From positions 768,001-832,000 of the forward strand of contig OZ246423.1 in NCBI GenBank assembly GCA_965231215.1: a stretch of DNA of 64,000 nt. The letters run 5' to 3'. The stretch comes from Candidatus Altimarinota bacterium (lineage in GTDB: Bacteria; Patescibacteriota; Gracilibacteria; UBA4473). Numbering within the stretch: position 1 is the stretch's first letter; each line of letters starts with the position of its first letter. The notes beneath the pieces were generated by a model. That model made no database searches. It had not been told where the DNA came from and saw only the letters and a list, made by a program, of their open reading frames with translations. Shown here one piece after another: positions 58,559 to 64,000 of the stretch. The position numbers were made by a program, and so were the translations under genes.

Positions 58559-59596
58559 TTATTTTTTTATAGCTTTAGCAATCTTATAACATGAATGCCA
58601 AAATTTGTCTAGTGTTATTTCTTTTCCGGCAGCGTAAGTATCCCTGTAACCTCCAAATCTGGTTTTGAATTGGGTTATTCCAGCATAAGGATGATGCGGT
58701 TCATTTTCTGGGGTGATGCCGGTAAAGTCATAGGTTTTACAGCCTTTTTGTTTGGCGACTTTAATCATTTCCCACTGAAGCAAATAAGGCGCTCGCAGAT
58801 CTCTAAATTGAGACTCAGAGCTTGAAGCTCCGAAATAATAAATGGCCTTGTCATGGCAAAAAGTATTGATAGCTGTGGCTATTGGATGTCCCTGGTAGTA
58901 GGCAAAAAATAATTGGGTATAAGGAGCCAATTTTTTTACAAACTGAAAGTAGTAGTTTTGCTCATGGCCAGAGAACCCATCGCGAATGGTCGTTTCTTGA
59001 TTTAGGGTATAAAAATCCTGAAGGTCTTTGGCTGTTAAATTTTCAGGGGTAATGGACCGAATTTTTATCCCCGCATTTTGAGCTTTTTTTAGGTTTCGGC
59101 GTCCTGTGCGTTTCATTTGTGCCAGTATTTCATCTTCACTCATTTCAAGGTTGAGCAGAAGCGAATCTGTAGGCTGAAAATTTTTGGTGGCAGATGTATA
59201 GGCTACGCCTAAGTTGTGGTATTCACTTTCGGTAAAATACGGATCAATACGCCAAAAAATTCCTTTCTTTTCTTTGAGCGTTTTTTGCATTGTGTTAATG
59301 AGTAAAAGGCCCGCTGCTTTGTGTTTTTCCGTATCAAAAACGGGCCCTCTGGCTGAATAGTACCAGTGCGTATTTAGAAGTCCGGTTTCCATCCTTACCG
59401 CTAAACACGCGGCCTGTATTTCATTAGTTGGAGTATGCTTAACGCCTAAACCAATAACCTCCCCTCTCCCTGGGATAGCGCTCTGGAAATGGCTCCAAGT
59501 GGAACTCTGATGAATAGAGCCTTTAGGGGAACTAAAAATAAAATCATCCCATAGGTGGGCACTGTTTTTATCTAGTTCAAAAATTTCCAAAGCCAT
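58559..59596 (-). CDS. FemABX-family peptidoglycan aminoacyltransferase
   Basis: HQSSTW, RGPV, YYFGAS, YLLQWE, YDFTG and FKTRFGG motifs. Confidence 0.9.
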   Translation of the reverse strand: MALEIFELDKNSAHLWDDFIFSSPKGSIHQSSTWSHFQSAIPGRGEVIGLGVKHTPTNEIQAACLAVRMETGLLNTHWYYSARGPVFDTEKHKAAGLLLINTMQKTLKEKKGIFWRIDPYFTESEYHNLGVAYTSATKNFQPTDSLLLNLEMSEDEILAQMKRTGRRNLKKAQNAGIKIRSITPENLTAKDLQDFYTLNQETTIRDGFSGHEQNYYFQFVKKLAPYTQLFFAYYQGHPIATAINTFCHDKAIYYFGASSSESQFRDLRAPYLLQWEMIKVAKQKGCKTYDFTGITPENEPHHPYAGITQFKTRFGGYRDTYAAGKEITLDKFWHSCYKIAKAIKK

Positions 59597-59729
59597 AAAA
59601 ATTACTGAAAAACTAAAAATTTCTTTGTCCGTTTCAAAATATCTTCGAACACGGACAAAGTAAATACGCTTTTCTGTGGTATTTTTTCCCCTCCTTGAAA
59701 TTTTTGTTTTCGAGTCATTTTACTTATCA

Positions 59730-61235
59730 CTACTGGCTGAGGTCTATGGGCGTATACACAATTTTAATTTCGGTTTCGCTTTGAGTGCTGTCAGGGCCAA
59801 AGGCCACAACCTTATACAGGTTTTCCCCTTCTTTCATATTTCCATAGTTAGCATTAGCGATATAAGAAAACGCCGTGTCTCCAGGTTTGAATTTTCTGAG
59901 TCTGAATCCATTTACTTCAACGGCATTAGTACCGCGAGGCACCGTTCCGGCAAAGGTTACCACTGTAGCAGAAGTTTCATATGTGGCACTTGGGTTATCG
60001 GTAAATATAGCGGGCCTCGTGACGACGGGGGGAGGGAATGTGCTTTGAGTTTCAGTTGTAGAGTCATTACTGGTTTCTGGAGTTACGCCTTCATAATTAA
60101 TAGTAACTTTAGCTGGCGTAGATTTTTTTCCTTCACGTGAAATAGCCATAACGCTATATTGGTTAGTTCCAGATTTAAGGGTTCCAAATTTGGTCGCCGC
60201 AAAATAACTCCACTTCCGGTCACCTGGTTGGAATTTGGAAAGGGTGTATCCGTTTACCTGAATTTGAAAGGCTTCTACTGGGGCAGTTCCTTCAATTTTT
60301 ACCAAATCCACTGTCGCTGGAACGGTTTCGCCTTCAGCAGGCGAAAGAATGGTTACCGATGGAATTTCTCCAACAATTTCTTCCGTATTTTCTTCGCTTG
60401 CTTCACTGTCGGTATCATTAGTCACGGGGGGAGTTTGAACTTCAATCTTACTTTTTATGTCGTTGGCTTCTTCTGGGAAAAAGACCATTAGATTGTCCAA
60501 ATGCCAGGAAGACTCAATGAATTCGTTAGGGATAATGTTAATCACATCCACTCCCGAATCGAGTTTGGCCGTTAAGCTATCATCCACAATAAGCTCTTGG
60601 CCTACTCCAAGTTCCAAAGTCTGAGTTACTTCGCCTTCTGAATCCAAAATATCTACTTCGGCTTTTCCTTTGATGAGTTTTACGGTGTCAGCCTCGCTTG
60701 ACGAAGTTATGTTTATAATGGTTCCCTTTATGTGCGCTACCAATCTTTTCGTTTTAAATTGAAAATCGGCTAAATCAGCATCCTGAAATTGAGCACTATC
60801 AATCCGAGCCCAGATTTGGCCTTGATCTAAATATAGGTGTGAGGTTTTCTTGCCAGAAGATTTTTTTGATAAAGCTTCGAAAGTCAGTTCAGATTGTTGA
60901 TCTAAAAAGAGGGTGTTTTGAGTCAGAAACCCTAATTTTACCTTACTATTTTTGACTGTTTTTATTTGATCCCCTTCTACAAAAGTTTGTCCAGTAAAAG
61001 CAGGAGTCCAACTACTGTCTTCTTGTGAGAGTTTAAATTCAGCTCGTCCTTTTAAAATTTCTAAATCGCTGGAAGCAATTTCAGTCCGTACCGTAGAGAA
61101 AAGGAGCGAGAAAAATTGAAACAACACCCAAAAGAAAAAACTCAAAACCCCCACAAAGACGAGAAAAGGAATCCAATTTTTCTTCTGTCTCCTATGTGAA
61201 AAACGACGACGACTTCGGCGTGAGTAGGGATGCAT
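59730..61235 (-). CDS. Membrane-anchored FecR-domain protein with two C-terminal Ig-like repeats
   Basis: Basic N-terminus plus TM; GDQIKT, LDQGQIW and IKGT; duplicated VNG..L.KF.PGD..SY.A unit. Confidence 0.8.
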   Translation of the reverse strand: MHPYSRRSRRRFSHRRQKKNWIPFLVFVGVLSFFFWVLFQFFSLLFSTVRTEIASSDLEILKGRAEFKLSQEDSSWTPAFTGQTFVEGDQIKTVKNSKVKLGFLTQNTLFLDQQSELTFEALSKKSSGKKTSHLYLDQGQIWARIDSAQFQDADLADFQFKTKRLVAHIKGTIINITSSSEADTVKLIKGKAEVDILDSEGEVTQTLELGVGQELIVDDSLTAKLDSGVDVINIIPNEFIESSWHLDNLMVFFPEEANDIKSKIEVQTPPVTNDTDSEASEENTEEIVGEIPSVTILSPAEGETVPATVDLVKIEGTAPVEAFQIQVNGYTLSKFQPGDRKWSYFAATKFGTLKSGTNQYSVMAISREGKKSTPAKVTINYEGVTPETSNDSTTETQSTFPPPVVTRPAIFTDNPSATYETSATVVTFAGTVPRGTNAVEVNGFRLRKFKPGDTAFSYIANANYGNMKEGENLYKVVAFGPDSTQSETEIKIVYTPIDLSQ

Positions 61236-61347
61236 CCAAATGCTATTGTGAAAAAAAAGTTTAATTTGGCAAGTTTTTTCGATGACTCAGACGCGCATTT
61301 CTTTGCATGGATAAATTTCAAGACATATAATGATCTAGAAAATAAAT

Positions 61348-64000
61348 ATGGAATACTTGTTTCGTCTTTCATTTAGGGCTTTGTTTCTTACCCTTTTAGC
61401 CCTAGGTTCGGTTTCTTTTGCACAAGATTCAGTAATACTGGATCCTTCAGAAATTGCTGAATTGAATTTAGACCAAGCGGTAGATATACGTACAACTTCT
61501 TTGAAAGCGCTAGATGTAGCTTTTTTTGGCCCGCTTGAAGCAGATGAGTTAAATGGGGTTATTTCTTCAGGGGCAGGAAATATTGCCGAAGCGGATCGAC
61601 TCGTTATTGATATTTGGGATAAGACTGGGGCCAATATTCATCGAGCAGAAATTTTAGCTGAAGGGAACTGGGAAGAGGCCTTTAAGAGTTATAACTATGG
61701 AATTAAATTTCAAGGAACGGGAGTAAGTCCAGGGAGCCGGGTTGAAGCGACTCTGTATAAAGGAGATAAATTGGTCGCTATTGGAGATAAAATCCTTCCA
61801 AAAGAGCTAGCACTTCCAGACTATACCGTTGAGGATCTAGAAATAGAGGTCTCTGGCGATTTAGGATTAGTAAGTTTCGTGTTTACCAATACTACTCTTT
61901 CAGGGGTTACGGCTATTCCTCAGTTGACCGTAAGGAATCTGAATCTTGAAGACCAAAAAGTGATACTTCAAAAATATATTTCAGCTCAAACGGTAGGCGC
62001 CAAAAGTGAAGTAGCAGTCTCTTATGATTTTAGGCTTCCAACAACACCTGGAGTTTATGAGTTAGAGATTTGGAATTTTAATGAAGAGAAAACACTGATT
62101 ACAGGAGCCCTTCGTGATACTTTTGTAATAGGCGGGGATTTTGGGATTATTTCAAATATTAGTCTGGAGCGATTAGAAGCAGCACAAAATGAAAATTTTG
62201 AATTCTCTGTAGCAGGGGCGGTTGAAAATATTGAAGGCAATTTTGAATTACATATTAATGGGCAACAAGTTTTTCCTGGGACTAACTCAGAAGCGCCTGT
62301 AACTATAGTGGCTCCGCTGCCAAAATTTCAGGATCGGTATTTTGAGTACAAAGCGCCCATATCGTTGAGAGAAGTTATCGGATCTAAATTTGTAGGAACT
62401 TTGGAATTGTATGGAGAGGGGAAACTTACGGCTTTTAAAACATTTGATTTTGCCGTGAGTGCCACGCCAGGAACAGAGCTTACCCCTCAGGATTGGATTG
62501 GAGAGTTGGTCATAGATGAATCTCAGGAGGTGGTGGATAAGCGCATGGCCTCGTTGGTTTTATTTGGAATTTTGGGATTATTGGGGTTAGTGCTGATTGT
62601 TTCAATTTTTCACTTTGTAAAAAAAAGACGCACTGACCGGTTTATGATTTTGCTTATAGCTTTTTCTATTTGGAGTTCTGGGGCACAGGCCTCAGTGTTA
62701 CAAAACTTTTGGTATCATCCGATTGAAAATTGGGCTTTTAATCCGGCGGCTCCTTCAAATTTTCAGGAATTTAGAACTATGCGTTTTCAGGGAAATATCT
62801 TCAACACCTTAACGCAAAAAGGATTTTTTCAGACCGATCCAAGTAGAGTTATTGTCAAATTTTATAGAGCCCCAGATCAAGAAATTTTTTTAGAGGCTTT
62901 TAACTTTCAGGTTGAGGACCGAAAGACCTATACCGTAGATGTCACCATTCCAACGATAGTGTCAGAGGGAGATTGGGGATTACAGATTTATTTTTTAAAA
63001 GATGGAACTTGGTACACTTCTCAGTGGTTGAATGAATCTACCAGTCAGCCAAATATAGTAAAAGTTGATTCTACGCCACCAACTATTTCTGGTATTCAAT
63101 ATGATGGGCAAACTTACGGGCCATCAGATAAATTGGTATGGCCAGGAGTAGTAACTCGTCAAGCGGCTAAGAAAAATCTGTTAACCCGAAAGAAAGAGCA
63201 TGTTTTGGACAGGTTTGCGACTGATTTTCAACGAAAAAACAAAATAGATGAGCGGGTGAGAAAAATCCATATTCGGAATCATTTTATCAAGATTCTGAAG
63301 GATGCAGAATTTGCTGAAGCTGTAGGCGCGCCACCACCACCGCCGCCGCCAGGTTCTCCGGCTAATGCTCCACCGTTAACGGTGGAAAATTTGGTTAATG
63401 GGATCAACACAAAAACAGCTGAAATTGATGCCCTCACAAATGAATTAGGAATACCGGTATCTGCCGGTTCTATTTTTTCTACTAGTCATTTACTAAGTGA
63501 TGGTGAAATTAGTGATGTAAATTTAATTCCCTCAGTTCCTGTAGGAGTCAATATTTCGTGTCCGCTTTCTAGTAGTAGTACGGCCAGTGATGTTAATCAA
63601 TCAGACCTGACTGACTGTGTAAATTATTTTGATACAGAAATTTCGGGTCTAAATACCCAAATTCAAGCTAAGCGTGATGATCTTCGTTCAGTGAAAACAA
63701 GGTTTAAAAAAGAGGGGATTCAGACGGCTTTTATCTGTGATGATACCGTGGCGGGATGTGACCCAATGTGTAATCCAGCTAGTAGCACCTGTGATATAGA
63801 CTGTACGCTTAATCCTGGAGGATGTCAGGCTTACCAAACGGCGAATCCAACAGGATACGTTAATAACTGCTCTGGAAGTCCTCAGACCTGTACCGTAGAT
63901 TGCTCACTTGATCCTGAAATCTGTAGAAAGAAAAGTTTTTTAAATACTATTCGAGGAAACTTTTGTGATGATCCGGCTCATTGTGATGACGGAGCTTCGC
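61348..64000 (+). CDS. Large secreted/membrane protein, 3'-truncated, absent from the ORF track
   Basis: ATG at 61348 (MEYLFRLSFRALFLTLLALGSVSFA|QD); no stop found in frame to the window end; TM plus second signal peptide at 62545-62691; poly-Pro and Cys-rich region. Confidence 0.85.
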   Translation, partial: MEYLFRLSFRALFLTLLALGSVSFAQDSVILDPSEIAELNLDQAVDIRTTSLKALDVAFFGPLEADELNGVISSGAGNIAEADRLVIDIWDKTGANIHRAEILAEGNWEEAFKSYNYGIKFQGTGVSPGSRVEATLYKGDKLVAIGDKILPKELALPDYTVEDLEIEVSGDLGLVSFVFTNTTLSGVTAIPQLTVRNLNLEDQKVILQKYISAQTVGAKSEVAVSYDFRLPTTPGVYELEIWNFNEEKTLITGALRDTFVIGGDFGIISNISLERLEAAQNENFEFSVAGAVENIEGNFELHINGQQVFPGTNSEAPVTIVAPLPKFQDRYFEYKAPISLREVIGSKFVGTLELYGEGKLTAFKTFDFAVSATPGTELTPQDWIGELVIDESQEVVDKRMASLVLFGILGLLGLVLIVSIFHFVKKRRTDRFMILLIAFSIWSSGAQASVLQNFWYHPIENWAFNPAAPSNFQEFRTMRFQGNIFNTLTQKGFFQTDPSRVIVKFYRAPDQEIFLEAFNFQVEDRKTYTVDVTIPTIVSEGDWGLQIYFLKDGTWYTSQWLNESTSQPNIVKVDSTPPTISGIQYDGQTYGPSDKLVWPGVVTRQAAKKNLLTRKKEHVLDRFATDFQRKNKIDERVRKIHIRNHFIKILKDAEFAEAVGAPPPPPPPGSPANAPPLTVENLVNGINTKTAEIDALTNELGIPVSAGSIFSTSHLLSDGEISDVNLIPSVPVGVNISCPLSSSSTASDVNQSDLTDCVNYFDTEISGLNTQIQAKRDDLRSVKTRFKKEGIQTAFICDDTVAGCDPMCNPASSTCDIDCTLNPGGCQAYQTANPTGYVNNCSGSPQTCTVDCSLDPEICRKKSFLNTIRGNFCDDPAHCDDGAS

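Noticed and set aside
1-64000. Genetic code 25 (TGA=Gly) as in Gracilibacteria/Absconditabacteria
   Set aside because: Conserved genes translate full-length in code 11, and TGA ends tyrS, yhhQ and folB at the expected positions.
1-64000. CRISPR array, rRNA or DGR/retron reverse transcriptase
   Set aside because: No repeat-spacer series, rRNA signature or RT motif was seen.

Overview
AT-rich bacterial chromosome segment in genetic code 11 (TGA terminates tyrS, yhhQ and folB). The gene content points to a Patescibacteria/CPR organism, probably Peregrinibacteria-like (inference): many VirB2-type pilins including triple-repeat forms, a PrgI plus VirB4-N-like pair, comF/comEC, FemX and acidic orphan proteins. 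Housekeeping genes are recG, rpsP-khpA, glmS, htpX (with a CIRCE box), tyrS, uvrA, nrdR, aroE, aroC, ftsK and folB, plus five tRNAs. The main accessory feature is a ~9.1 kb element integrated at the CCA end of tRNA-Lys (44231-53340). It carries a large serine recombinase whose reading frame crosses the attachment site, so its C-terminus should change on excision. Its attP can be reconstructed as a palindrome, and it also encodes an excisionase-like HTH, a tyrosine recombinase, a wHTH regulator with 11-bp-spaced repeats and a candidate three-gene defence operon (2TM + DUF2254-like + HEPN). A manual scan found no GATC site in it. Other highlights: a conserved leader in front of the tRNA loci, an unannotated >880 aa ORF with an internal second signal peptide, a motif shared by two adjacent secreted proteins, three enzyme fusions (MutY-MutT, PAP2-isoprenoid kinase, RmlA-GT2) and an Mrs2-type Mg transporter. 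All calls come from reading the sequence by eye; no searches were run.
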